A stretch of 64,000 nucleotides of DNA from Camelus dromedarius (lineage: Eukaryota): NCBI RefSeq assembly GCF_036321535.1, contig NC_087459.1:26970001-27034000 (forward strand), read 5' to 3'. This document shows positions 46,801-58,998 of the stretch, piece after piece. The position numbers and the translations under genes were made by a program. A model generated the notes under the pieces. It had not been told where the DNA came from. It did no database searches and was given only the letters and a program-made list of their open reading frames with translations. Numbering within the stretch: the stretch's first letter is position 1; each line of letters starts with the position of its first letter.

Positions 46801-49800
46801 AGCATCAGCAGTGAGGGGAGGGCAAAGTGGGAGCCAGAGGATGTGAACACTCTGGAAGGTGTCCCCTTTGTGGCCTAGACATGATGTCCCTGTCCTCACT
46901 CTGTGGAGTCCAAGCCCTCAAACCAGCTTCTGATTAAAATTCAGCACAGTGGACATAGGAGTTGTGATCAGTCTCAGATTCTGACATCAGTGTCTTGCGT
47001 TTCATTAGAGAGTGTCAACCCACTGAGCTTTCTATTTATAGGCTGAGGGGCTGGGACAGACAGAAGTAACCACAGTAAGGTCCTGCCATCCCCTGTGGTC
47101 CCATCTGAACAACATTCCCATGGGACGCCTCTCCTTCATCATGATACCTCCAGGGCAAGAGAGGGACAAGTAGTCAGACCTAGGGGGGAGGATATCTCAT
47201 ACTCACCAGAACAGAATAAAGAGAAGAAAAAAAGCAGTACAGCCGCTTGGCAGGAATGTCAGACTTCTTGTTAGCATTACAGAGCCACTGTACAGCCGAA
47301 ATGCTGAAAAAGGAAGGCACCTAAGTCAGGAAGGGGAGTGATACACATGGCTCCTCCCTGCCTCCTCACACTACCACCACACAGCCTCCATCTCCAGGTG
47401 GAACCCTCCCGTCCACACTGCTGGCATGTGCGACTCCACTCTAGGTCACTATTTTGATTATATTTTTTTCTTTTGGGGGGAGGGGTGATTACATTTATCA
47501 TATATATTTTAATAGAAGTACTGGGGATTGAAGCCAGGACCTTTGGCATGCTAAGCATTATAGCATGGAGCCATCCTCTACCCCAGGTCACTGTTCTGTA
47601 ACACTGCACAACCAGGGTCTACAGAAGGTGAGTGTGAACTTCCTTGCAGTCAGTTCAAAGAAACACTTCCTTAATCTTGTTTCTACACACATCTCACGTT
47701 TAGAACTGCTCAGCAGGTCAAGGTCTCTGCCATCTATCCCTTCACTCCCTTCCTCTAACCAAGGGAAACACGCTTCACAGGACTTAAAGTCATTCACTCT
47801 TCCCAAATCACTTCCTTTAACTGTACCTGCTAAGTGTCTCCACGATCCCTAGATTTAAATTAAAACCTCAAGCGGCTATTCTTGCATGTAACAAATGTTC
47901 AAGAAAAAAGGCTTGCCATACCACCTCTCCTTAAAAGCTAACTAACAATGACTACCTACTACCTAAACATACAAAGCCATATTCCTGGCCTTTGATTTTC
48001 TGCAGCTTAGAACATCCCACCTGATCATTACTGAAGAGCAATCGCTATCTTTTAAATGTTTTTTTTTCCTCCCTTATCTTGTTCCCAGATGTTAGCTAAT
48101 CCCTTACCCTAGGAGAAAATCCTCAAATCCAAATTTGTACTCCTCACCCAGATCCCTACTATGTAACCCTACAGCTCTATGATCACAGGAGGTCTCCCCT
48201 CAGGTAACGATTAAACTGTGACTTCCTCCCTAGTCCCTACCTACCTCCACCCAGTCAACAAAACACTCAAACACTGAACAGAATTTAGAACAGAAGACAA
48301 AGAATTTCATGTTTCCAATGATAATTTCAATGTTCTAAAATCCATTATCAAAGTACTACATACACATTCAAAACTTGACCCTGACAACTCAGAAAGAACT
48401 CCTAAGTCATTGAAGAGACTGGAGCAGTCAGGGCCACTCTCCACTACAAAGTTCTTTGAAGAGAAGTCAACAAGATGGCTACTGGACCCACAAAATGTCT
48501 CCTGGGACCCATAAAATGGTTCCTGGGACCCACAAAATGTCTGCTAGGACCCATAAAATGGCTCCTAGAGTTCAGAAGACCACCCCTCCCCCACCCCCAC
48601 CCCCACACATACAGAGAAATCTATACCATGGTGCCTGAACCTGGCAGTGCAAGACAATTACAGGAGTAGCTCTGAAATACATTTAAAAGTGCATATTTGG
48701 GGGCATTGCTCTGACCTTATAAATCTGAAAATCTTGGGAGATGTGTGTTTTTCAGTATCCTTTGTGACACTGCTGCATAGCCAGATCTGGGAAGCACTGG
48801 CCTGTAGGACTAAAAGCAGGGCATGAAGACTCTTACCTGATACAACCATCAAAGGAGCCTGGTTTGAAGGGAATGCCCTGACCCATGTCCCCCAGAAGCA
48901 AGTCTCCTTCCGTGTCTCTGTCCAAGGCAGCATCTACATCAGAGAAGAGGAGGTAAGGGAATCATGATTTGCATCATTGCCCCATATTCATGGAGGTCAG
49001 TGCACCCCAGTGCTTAACAGGATAAACTTACCCAGCATGGCAGGGCTGATATCAATGCCCACCCAGTAGTGCCCCTCATCCGAGAGGTAATCTCCACTCA
49101 GCCCAGAACCGCAGCTGAAAGACACATTCAAACAGGGACTCTAACAGTGTGAGAAACAAAAACATCCCACCACCTGGACTATGGGCCCCCAGATCTCACC
49201 CAATATCCAACAGGTAACAAGGCTGATCCTCGGGCAGATAAAGGAGCTCCAATGCTCGCCCAGCCATTTTGGTTTGAACATCAATCATCCGTGAGCTAGG
49301 GAGACAGAAACACAAGCAAGTGGTAAAAGGAGTTCTGGGCTGAAACCTCACCCAGGTCAAAAAAAAAAAAAAAGAAAGAAAGAGAAAAAGGAACAATCAT
49401 CTCAAGGTACTCTACCGGCCAACAAACTCACCTACAGCTATTTATAACTGATCCCAAAATTCCATGTAATAAAACACTTTTTGTTGTAAAACCAAGTAAA
49501 ATTGTACCAGCTGCAAAGCTAAAGTAAAAAGAGCAAAATCATTTATCTAACGAACAATCATTGGGTATTTTCAACACGATCAGGCTTCGATGTTGTAGAA
49601 CATATTTTCTAGAGAATTATCCACCATAGTTAACTCTCCTATAGAAGGGTCAACAAGGCACAAGAAAAATCTACAGGACTGTTGTCCACGAGAAACATAA
49701 GGCAAGCTACAGAGGACATTCTAGAGGCCACAGTTAAAAAGAAATTAATAACGTAAAATTAACTAAACCCAATGTAGTCAATATTAAATTTTATTTAATG

Positions 49801-50827
49801 CAGTATGTTCCAAATATAATTTCAAAACAAAATCAATATAAAAAACGGTCAATAAAATATTGTACATTTTCTTCATACTAAGTAATTCAGACTAAACATG
49901 TTTTCAATAGATGGCTAATAGCCATTGGTTACCACATTGAAAAGAAGTAGTATAGAGTATATTTGGCTTTCCCAAGAACAAGGAAAAGAATCGCACCTAA
50001 TAGTTCTCAAAAATGCCCAACACAGGGCTCTGCAGCTGGAGGAAAAAAGCTTTTATTTGCTACATAATGGTAACTGGCCAGAGGTTTCTGCTGACTCTCT
50101 CTGTCCTAGACTCTAATTTGAACAAAAAAGGAGAAAAGTTACCTGAAGAACTTTCTACAGAGCACTGTATTGGAAACAATAGGTTTGGAAGCCCCTGCTC
50201 CAGCCCTTACCTGGTAAATGACTTTGTAATCATACAAATTATTCTGTGAAAACCAGATACTATATCAACAGCTGTTCTGAGGATTTACTGAGATAATGTA
50301 AACGGGGCACACAGTAAGCATTCTATGAATATTATTTCCTTCTCGTCAACAGCACTGACACCTTACACGTATCCACTGCCTCCTACCTATTTTAACGCAC
50401 GCTTAAACTGTCACATTAGAGAAAATAGATATGCTCACTCCCATTCTGATGCTAAGGTTAGAGACCCAGAGAATTCGGAAGTTTAAAGTTGATTCTGCCA
50501 GTATTAAAAAATGGGAACAACGCAGGTCTCTTCCTTTCCCCACTCTCAAATTCTGCGTGCTTTCCAAGCAAGGTCCCCCCAGTCAGAGCAACTTGCCGGT
50601 TCCCGACCCCCCGACGCCCCGCAATATCCAGTATCCCCTTACTTGCGCACGTATTTCCGGGCTTCATTCTTGTCGTAAAACTGCAGAAACGAGAAAAAAA
50701 CAAGGAGAGTCGGAGGAGGAATCAAGACGCGGAGACCCTAGGAAAGAAGAGACGGGTGCCCGTGGACCACAGGCCTCACCAGCTCCGGGGGCCCACTGTG
50801 CTCCGGTCTCCGCCCACGAGACGCCAT
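40845..50827 (-). CDS. BUD23: 18S rRNA (guanine-N7) methyltransferase BUD23/WBSCR22, 280 aa
   Basis: Exons 50827-50780, 50680-50643, 49295-49200, 49114-49032, 48933-48837, 47303-47207, 46133-46083, 45377-45292, 45062-45017, 44851-44796, 41109-41020, 40899-40845; 843 nt in frame, [23 protein letters not shown]..., SAM motif [23 protein letters not shown]-terminal [17 protein letters not shown]. Confidence 0.97.
43430..44420 (-). mobile_element. LINE-2 fragment in BUD23 intron 10
   Basis: 'ttcttcaacaaacactgaatacc', 'cagtaatccaggcaagggcagtggt', 'ggtggccttgacaagagcaatttc' reverse L2-like. Boundaries approximate. Confidence 0.6.
47455..47585 (-). mobile_element. Vic-1-type SINE in BUD23 intron 5
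   Basis: 'agtactggggattgaagccaggacctttggcatgctaagcat' with T-rich tail. Confidence 0.8.
48484..48567. repeat. 21-bp tandem minisatellite, 4 units with dimeric pattern
   Basis: ggacccacaaaatgtctcctg / ggacccataaaatggttcctg / ggacccacaaaatgtctgcta / ggacccataaaatggctccta. Confidence 0.92.
49710..49945. mobile_element. MER3/MER33-type hAT-Charlie element
   Basis: 'ttttatttaatgcagtatgttccaaatataatttcaaaac...aatcaatataaa...ttttcttcatactaag...atggctaatagccattggttaccacattg'. Confidence 0.6.
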
Positions 50828-51047
50828 ACCCACGCCGCAGCAGCACAAACTCCGCGAGCGGCTCCTCGAGCCCGGCTTTTATGTCATCGGCCGGGCGCCC
50901 GCCTCGTAAGACGCATGCTCCACCCACTCTCCCCGCCTTCTCTTTTACCCAAATGGCTACAGGGCCGACGGGCTGCGAACAACGCACGCCTCCCATTGGC
51001 CAGTTCATCTTGCACCGCCTGCCGGCTTCATGCAAGATGGCGGCCCG
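50828..51047. promoter_or_regulatory. Bidirectional CpG promoter of BUD23 and DNAJC30
   Basis: Start codons only 209 bp apart head-to-head; YY1 consensus CAAGATGGCGGC overlapping the DNAJC30 ATG (51033-51044); inverted CCAAT (attgg) near 50995. Confidence 0.8.
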
Positions 51048-51717
51048 GCGCAATCTGAGGTGGCCGCGGTTGTTTCTGTGGAGGTTGTGGCAGGCCCGGA
51101 GATTTCCTCAAAACCTAGGACTGGGTCTGGGCCTGGAAGCAAGTTCTTATTCCCAGAGTGACGGGCCGTACTCGCGCACGGCGCTCTATGAGCTGCTTGG
51201 CGTCCCCTCTACGGCCACCCAGGCGCAAATCAAGGCGGCATACTACCGGCAGAGCTTCCTCTATCACCCGGACCGCAACTCGGGGAGCGCCGAGGCTGCC
51301 GAGCGCTTCACGCGCATCTCCCAGGCCTACGTGGTGCTGGGCAGTGCCACCCTGCGTCGCAAGTATGACCGCGGCTTGCTCAGCGACGAGGACCTGCGCG
51401 GCCCTGGAGTCCGGCCTTCCAAGACACCCTCCGCCGACCCGGACTCGCCCCGCACCCCGCCGCCCGCCTCTCGGACCCAGGGTCGCGGTCAGGCCTCGCC
51501 GGGTGGCAACCGCCCCATGTTCGACTTTGACGCCTTCTACCAGGCTCATTACGGCGAGCAGCTGAAGCGCGAACGGCACCTGAGGGCCCGACGAGAGGCC
51601 CTTCGCAAGCAGCGGGAGGATCGGGCCAAGAAGGGCTTACACTGGGACGAGACCCGAGACACGGCTTTAATCTTCGTTCTGCTCATAATCTTCATCATCA
51701 TGGGCTTTCGTTTTTAA
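51037..51717 (+). CDS. DNAJC30: DnaJ homolog subfamily C member 30 (mitochondrial), 226 aa, single exon
   Basis: [14 protein letters not shown]... presequence-like start in strong Kozak context; J-domain with YHPDRN; C-terminal hydrophobic helix [16 protein letters not shown]; intronless and head-to-head with BUD23 as in human. Confidence 0.96.
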   Translation: MAARRNLRWPRLFLWRLWQARRFPQNLGLGLGLEASSYSQSDGPYSRTALYELLGVPSTATQAQIKAAYYRQSFLYHPDRNSGSAEAAERFTRISQAYVVLGSATLRRKYDRGLLSDEDLRGPGVRPSKTPSADPDSPRTPPPASRTQGRGQASPGGNRPMFDFDAFYQAHYGEQLKRERHLRARREALRKQREDRAKKGLHWDETRDTALIFVLLIIFIIMGFRF

Positions 51718-53009
51718 TCGGAGAGTAGAGGGCAGGGGAGCAGCCCCCAGCCAGCCCCCCAAGAAAATGGCCTTTCCTGTCATCTTGAACACTTTGCCTT
51801 CCGTTGTCTACCTCTGCTGGGGTCCGAAAGACCCGCTCTCCCCGTCCTCTTCCCCACCTGGCCAGCTTAGCCGTTGACCTGCACATCCGTACGCCTCTGG
51901 CCCGGAAAAGGAGACTTGATGCCCGAGAAAGAGGCCCCCAGTGAAGAGTCCCGAAAGCCCGAGAGGAAAGGGTTTCCTGGAGCCCCGGGGGTGCCTGCTT
52001 CCAGAGGTTGTTAACTTCCAGGACACTTGCTCTGGCTTTCTTGTAAGCCCCTGAGCAAGACTTACCTGCTTCTGCCTGCCCCACGTTTGTAGCGTGGGGC
52101 TCCTCTCTAACCTTGAAATGTGCAATATGACCAATTGTTGGCTGCCAAAAGAAAGATTCTGGGGTTGTATGAAACTGTCTTTCTGTGAGTTCCCCAAGCC
52201 ACAGGTGAGATCTGATGTAGCGTAAGGATGTGATCTGTGGAAACCTTGCTGTTGTGTGGTGGTCAGCCCCAGATCCCACTCCCCCTTCTGTTGATGGGAG
52301 TGGGAAAGTAAGGTCATGGGGCACAGGAATCAGCATTCCTGTGCCCATGCTTATCTATTGTATGACTTTGGAGAAGTTACTCTGTGGGCATTTCGGCAGA
52401 GGAGCAAATCATTTGCTTTCTTGAGGCCTGTTACACTTGATTATCTGTGTTCTAATGGGCTTGGTGATTAAAATACAATGCCAGTAGAGTCAGGTTTATC
52501 CTTGGGACAGTGTGCCTGTCACCTGGTCATCTGTTGAGCAGCTGAACCCATCACTAACTGCAGCTCATCCCATCCCAGAAATAGAGCAACAAACTGGCAG
52601 TTTGAGTTGCCTGAATGTGGCCTGTCCTCCTGTTTTGCTTGCAGTGCTTATCACAGGCCCTACAAGCCAAGTCCTTGAAACGTGGCTGCTTGAGGCTGTG
52701 GGAATTGGGGGAGTTTGGAGGAGACAGGACTACTGAGGGACAGGAGGCACATGGCGGAAACTTACTTATTCAGAGCTGGCTGAGGTTTTTTTCCTTCCCT
52801 CTATTCCAAATTGCTGCTAAGCAGTCGGTCATCAGTTGGCTAGAGCTGTGGTAATCCAGCTGTCTTAACCCCAAATCTCAGCATGTGGGGTGTGGGTTAG
52901 CTGTGTAGGTACTCGAGCGTTTATGCCCTGGGGTTGAGTGTAAAGCTGGGATCAGGAAACCTTTGCAGGAGATCTACCACAGGGGTGAGGGCCTAAGTCT
53001 AGGTTCTAA

Positions 53010-54220
53010 ACAAAGACAGAGGTGCTTTGCTATATTAATACTAATTCCTGCACTCAATCTTGTGTGTGAAATCCTTGTATAAATGGGGATAAACCTACAG
53101 CTAGTTCAACTTGGTCTCTTGGAAAGCCTTCAGTTTTCTCTAGCCTTGAAAGTTGGGAGCAAGCTCTTGGTCATGACTTTGCAGTGACCATATGACTCAG
53201 TAGTAAAGATTTAAGCCCACACTGGTTCAGACCTGCTGGGCTCCATGAGCCTTGGTTTGGGGGGAAGGGCACATGTACTTTCAAAAAGAACATTAATGTT
53301 ATTATGTTTCATATTTGGAAAACAAGTGGGAAAGTCTGTTCTTTACGAAACACAAACTACAGGAAGTGAAACTTAGTAAAATGTACAGAGGCTAGTGATT
53401 CTCAGCCAAGGAGATGGGGCATAACAGAGTGTCCTTGGGGCAAGATTCTATTTGAGTTTCTGTCAAATGGGGTTGGAGTTCTTTTGGGTTTTGTAAAAGC
53501 ACTAGTGGTCTGTGATATCTGGGGCCTTTCTCACAGGCACCTTGCCATAGACCTCTCGTTTTGTTTCCTCCTGGTGAAGATCATAGCCAAGAACATTCCC
53601 TGGGCCCCAGAACATAGAGGTAGATGGAAAGCTCCTGAATGTTTGGGGTGGTGGGGTCCAGACTCTGTGAAACCTCTGGAACATTCCATGCAACTCCAAA
53701 CAGGGTAGTCAATAAAATATTAACCATCCAACTCTAAGCCTTTCCTTGGGCCTAGAGCTAGGCCCACTCTCCTCTTTTTAGTGCCATCCTGCCTGCCTCT
53801 GGTTTTTTTAGCCCAGAGCTGAACTCTTAAGAGAACCCACTCCCTACCATCCCTGAAACTGAGTCTGGGCTTTGCGTGGAAAAGGAGATATATGGGAGGC
53901 TTTTTGAAGGACACCACCCCCTACCCCTGACATACACACACAACTAGCTCCTACATCATTTCTCCCCTCCTGACCCCCCTATGATTGTCCTAACTCATTC
54001 CTTTCTCAACTTCTTACCTGTCCTGGGGAGGAGAGGCTGAACCAGGCCTTGGCCATGAGCCCCTGCCTTTTAGGGGCTCTCTCCAGTTCCTGACAGTGAA
54101 GGAAGGTTGAGACATGGTCAGCTTCTATCCCTTTTCACCTTTGGTCACAAATACAAAACTAGAAGTTTGGACCTAGGAAGGCAGATGGACCAGAGGGGCC
54201 CAGCTTGCCCAGGCTGTGCT
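53010..54220 (+). repeat. Ancient direct duplication, copy A
   Basis: Colinear with 55890-57060; shared anchors aatccttgtataaat.gggataaacct.cagctagt, gtaaaagcact.gtggtct, aacattccatg, ttaaccatccaac, cttcttacctg, agaggggccc.gcttgccc. Confidence 0.88.
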
Positions 54221-55889
54221 CACTGAGGTGGGTATGGGGGTGCAGGTACAGTACGAGGCTGAGTGAACAGTGTGCACAGATCCTAAATGGGGAGACAGGA
54301 CAGCAGGACTCAAAGGTATACATGTCTAGGCTATTGTGATACTGTCTTTGGGCTTGATCAGGACTTATTCCTCCTGAGCCAAACTGCTTTTCCCTCCATT
54401 ATCCTTTATTTATTGCTGGGTAAAAACATTCTTTACACATCCTAGTGCTGAGGGAGTAAGATCCCTTGGTTCCTTGCGAGGTTCTGGTGTTTCGTTCACT
54501 GGGTGCAACTTGCCCTCTGTAATGGTCTCAGCATGAGCCACAGTGAGTAAGAATAGCCTGCCTTAGACCAGTGAGCTGTCCGTTGGTCAATATTGACAGA
54601 ATATATATCTCCATCCCTTATAGCCACCTGAAGCTGAGACACCAAGGGTGGAGCCTGAGTGGCCACCACACCCACTTTTGAGGAAATGGTGGGTGGTGTC
54701 TATGGGGGGTCCTTGTCTCTGTCCTTTGGGTTTGCTGGAAGGTCACCAGATCCCATGCAGAGAGGCCAAGAGAAGGGACAGCTGGTAAGTGGCAGTGCTG
54801 CTTCAGTCCACTCGCTGGAATTCAGCGCACTAGAGAAGTAGGCTCTCTCCTGGCCTTTGCCCTCTCGTTCCTCAGCCCTGTGATAAGGTCACACACTGAG
54901 CAGGATTGCAGAAGGCCCGCCCACCTACCCTCAGCGGCTTAGCTCTCAGGCCAGGCTGGGAGCCCTGGTGGCCAAGGCAAAGCTGTGGAGGCTCTGTCTC
55001 TGTTAGTATTTTAGGATGAGAGACCTGAGTCTGGACCTCGTGAACTTGCATGTGCTGGGAATGCTCAGTGCTCCCATCCCCAAGAAGCCAGTGCAGAGAG
55101 CTCACCTTCACCATCTGTCATGAGGTCATAGTGGCACTGTGGACCTAGCCATGTCCCCACTATCTCCTAAGGCTGTTCAAGCCTGGGGCCCTGGCGTTAG
55201 TCTTGAAGTGGGTTGGCCCTCCCAGCCGGCCTCGGCCCCATCAACGTTCACACCCTCCACCCTGGGAGGAGACTGCTGCTAGGCAAAAGGAGGCCTGTTA
55301 CAGGAGGACCAAGAACAGACCGAGACTCCTGGTTCACAGGCCACAGCCAACCTGCTCGCATCGTGTGGCTGTGGAGGGCACAGTGTCTTAAAATCACTTC
55401 AGCCAGCTTTCAGAACTTGGGAGACTTTGCCTGGAAATCTAGATTTCTGACTTCTCAAAAAATGGGAAAATGTGCCACCATTCAGCTTTCTCCCCTACCT
55501 GCGTGACTGCCGGGAGGTGTAAGGTCTGCCTTTAGGTAGAACCTTGCACCCCAGCCTGCTGCACTCCCAGCAGCAGAGGGGCCGTGTCAGAGGCCTTGAT
55601 GCACACACTTGCACCTGTTTGCTCTTAGAGAAGTCTCTCTCTCTATCCTGTGTCTAGCAAGAGGGAAAAAAAGAAAGGGGACCCTGCATTTCCAGGAAGA
55701 TGTGGGAGGGTGGATTTCTTTGCACCCTGACCTTCCTGGCCTCTACAGGCCTTTGAGTTTGCACATCCCTAGGTTACCACCTATGTTATTATAAGAGCTC
55801 ACACTTTACACAGGGAGGCAGTGTTGATCTTATTCTCATTGTGGGACAAGAAGGATCAAATTTTGAGAGGTCTACAGTGGTGGCAAGTT

Positions 55890-57060
55890 CCCAGACAGTC
55901 AGAGGTCCTTCAGTACAGTAACACCAATCCCTGCAATCAATCTCTTGTGTAAAATCCTTGTATAAATTGGGATAAACCTGCAGCTAGTCAGACTTGGTCT
56001 CTTATAAACCATTAAATTCTCTTTAGTCTTGGGGGTCAGAGGCAGCTTCTTAGCCATGGCTTTGCAGTGACCACACGATTCAGTGATAAAAGGTTTGAGC
56101 TCACTCTGGTGCAGGCCTGCTTAACTCAGTAAGCCTTGATTAGCAAAAAAAAAAAAAAAAAAGTACATTTATTGTTATTATGTTTCATATTCGGAAAACA
56201 AGGTGGGAAGCTTAGGAAAATACACAGAAGCTAGTGATTTCCAAGTAAGGAGGTCCACATAACAGACTCTTGAAGGGCAAGAACTCCTTGTTATTATCAA
56301 AAAGGAGTGGGAATTTTATTTGGGGAATTTTTTGCTTTTGGTTTGTAAAAGCACTGGTGGTCTATAATAGTATCTTTCTCATGGAACCTGTGGCATAGAC
56401 CCTCAAGTTTATCCTCTCTCACAGAGGATTACCACCCAAAACATTCCCTAGGGCCCCAAAACTTGGAAATAGAAAGTTCCAGAAGTGTCCAGGCAGAAGA
56501 GAGAGCCCAGGCTGCCTGGAACTTTACAGAACATTCCATGTAACTTCAAGCAGAGGGGTTAATAAAGTTTATTAACCATCCAACCCTAAGTCTTTCCCAT
56601 GGCCCAGAGCAAGGCCCATTCCACTCTGGTGGTACCTATACCCACCTGCCTCAGGTCTTTGGTCTTTTTCATGCTGGAGCTGAATACTAGGGGGGCTGCA
56701 CTCCCTGTCTCCTCTAAAACTGAGTCTGAGCTCCTAGAGGAAGGTGAGGGGTGTGGAAGGCCTTTTGATGGACCCTTTCTGGTTCCCATGGTAACATTCT
56801 CCTCTCTTCCCAGCTCCTCCCTTGTGTGGGTCATTCCTTCTCTTCTTACCTGCCCTGGGAAGGGGAGGCTGCACCAGACCGTGGACATTAGCCTCTGCCT
56901 TCTAGAGGCTGTGCCCCAATTCACAATAGTGGAGGGAGCTCAGACATGCCCACCCTTAGCCCCTTTCCTCCTTTTAGTTACAAATGAAAAACTCCCTTGA
57001 GGTATGGACCAGGAAGGGGAGGCCAGGGCGAGAGGGGCCCGGCTTGCCCGAGGCTGTGCT
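55890..57060 (+). repeat. Ancient direct duplication, copy B
   Basis: Same anchors as copy A at an offset of about 2.84-2.88 kb. Confidence 0.88.
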
Positions 57061-58284
57061 GAGAATGCAGGTCTTCCTGAGCTGTTCAGTCTTCTGTCAT
57101 CTCAGGCAGGCACCTTGTGTCATCTCCAGCACCCCTCAGCTCCAGCAGCTCAAGTGCTAGCAGTGAGGAGTAGGAGAACCAAGGCAATGAGGGATGGAAG
57201 TCCCCAAGTGGGCTCGATCAGTGCTTTGCCCCTGCTAGGGGTGAATCTGGGCTTGCGGGTCTGTCAAAAGCTCAAATGTGCCAGTCTCTCTATTGCCTAA
57301 ATTTCTGAAGATCCCATTAAGCAGTCACTCAGGTATTGGTCACACATCTTTAGAGATGGAGACCATCTACCTCCAGTAGCAGCCATGACTCAAGAGCCTC
57401 ATACTGAGCCAAAACCTGTGGTTTCCACCCACTGGTCTTGATTGACCTCTGGCTCTATGTGAAGCAGTCCTTTAGGACTAAAGGCTAAACATGACGCACA
57501 CATATCCCAAATAGATCCCTCAATTGTTCCTCACGGGACTTAGTCCCAATCCTCGTTCTCATCATTATTAAAGGTGCTGTTTTGGGGTCCCTCTTAGAGT
57601 TTAAAACTTCAGTAAAAAGTAGAGCCAACCCAGAACTTGCCTCTTTCTAGATGATTATATCCCTATTAACATGGACCAAGATCACATTAGCTTCTATGTG
57701 ACTCTGACTGTCCCCTCTTATTTGCAGGACCTTCCATGCCTTCCTGCCAAACTTCGTCTCATTAGACTTGACCTAAGCTGATCCAAGACACGTTCCTGCT
57801 CTCCCATCTTCTTGGCCCACAATCATCAGCCAGGCTGGCCACCTAGTGTTTACCCAAGCTGAAGACAGATAACCTTCAGCCCTTCAGAACCTCCTCCATC
57901 ACTCAGTGGGGGTGGTCATTTGGCAGGCCAGAGAAGGAGCAGGTATTATCCTGACTGGGATTACGGGCGACCCTGGAAAAGAAGGTGCATACAGGTGAGG
58001 CAATTGGAGAACTATAGGGGAACAGAGTGAGCTTCTGGCCAGAAGTACTGGGAAGTTAAGACTTAGGAAAGACTCCCACGGGTTGGTAATCAGAGAAGAC
58101 TTCATGGAAGCGGCAGGAGCAGTGCTGGACCTGAAGGACAGCTGGGCTTTGGATGGGCAGAGAGGAAGGGAGGGCATCTCAAGAGTAGGAAGTGCCAGAG
58201 CTGAGATACGGAGGCTGCAACAGCAGAGTAGCTGGTGGAGGGAGCAGAGAGGAGGCGAGCAGCATCATCATCTTCATCATCACA

Positions 58285-58290
58285 TTTATT
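58285..58290 (-). terminator. VPS37D poly(A) signal
   Basis: AATAAA on minus strand about 710 nt after the VPS37D stop. Confidence 0.7.
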
Positions 58291-58998
58291 GACGGCCCCT
58301 GGGAGGCGGGGCTGGGGACAGAACATACAAAGACAAGGACCTGCCCTCAAAAAGGTTCCATTCTAAGGAGACGGGGACAGAAAAATACAGAATGGTCTTT
58401 CCGGGGGATGGCCCACTCTCACCTGCGCAGGTCAGAAGTCCCTGGCCTACCTTGCCCCAGAGTCCGGAGCATGAGTGGGGCAGGTAGTAGCCCCAGGGCC
58501 ATGGCGCTCCTGTCCCCGCACTTGGAGCCTGACCACCTGGCTCCTAGGTGGTGGACCCCAGAACTGGGTGAAAGGTAGGCTCAGGACATGATGGAAAACA
58601 CTGTCGGCCTTGGCATTGTGTGAGCCCAGTGGAGTGGCAGGGGGCCACAGCGCCCCTAGGCAGGGCCCCTTGAAGGAAGCGGGCATCTTCTCAGGCCCCC
58701 GTGAGTACAGTTCTTTCACTGGGGCTGGCCCATCACCCAGGAGGCCCCAGCCGGGGAGAAAAAAAGGCAGAGTTTCCTCAGCGCCAGAGGCATAATACTC
58801 TGCCCACCCCACCCGGGGCCCTCTCTCTGGGCATCTTCCAGGTGACCCTCCTCCCCAGCTCAGCCTCCAGGGCCAGGGCCTGCCTAGGGCCAGGGGGAGG
58901 GGCCTGCCCCTCCCCCCACCCAGGCAGTGGGGGAGGAAGAGGAGGAGCCACGCATCAAGTTTGTCTGGGCCCTCCATTGGGGGGCCATACCCTGGATC

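Noticed and set aside
46940-46956. RE1-like TTCAGCACAGTGGACAT in BUD23 intron 6
   Set aside because: Two mismatches at high-information positions, and located in a housekeeping gene.
47136-47142. Possible snoRNA C box (ATGATGA, minus strand) in BUD23 intron 6
   Set aside because: No D box at a typical distance, no terminal stem, atypical intron position.
48484-48567. Repeat array considered as CRISPR-like
   Set aside because: Units are contiguous with no unique spacers, and the genome is eukaryotic.
51698-52348. 216-aa and 169-aa minus-strand ORFs in the DNAJC30 3' UTR
   Set aside because: No recognisable homology and no promoter or splice support; moderate-GC chance ORFs.
54018-54056. Apparent coding mini-exon in both duplicate copies (MAKAWFSLSSPGQ at 54056-54018; MSTVWCSLPFPGQ at 56888-56850), each ATG to a phase-0 donor
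   Set aside because: Of 7 nucleotide differences between the copies, 6 are non-synonymous and 1 synonymous, so there is no sign of protein-level constraint, and I found no convincing downstream coding exon.
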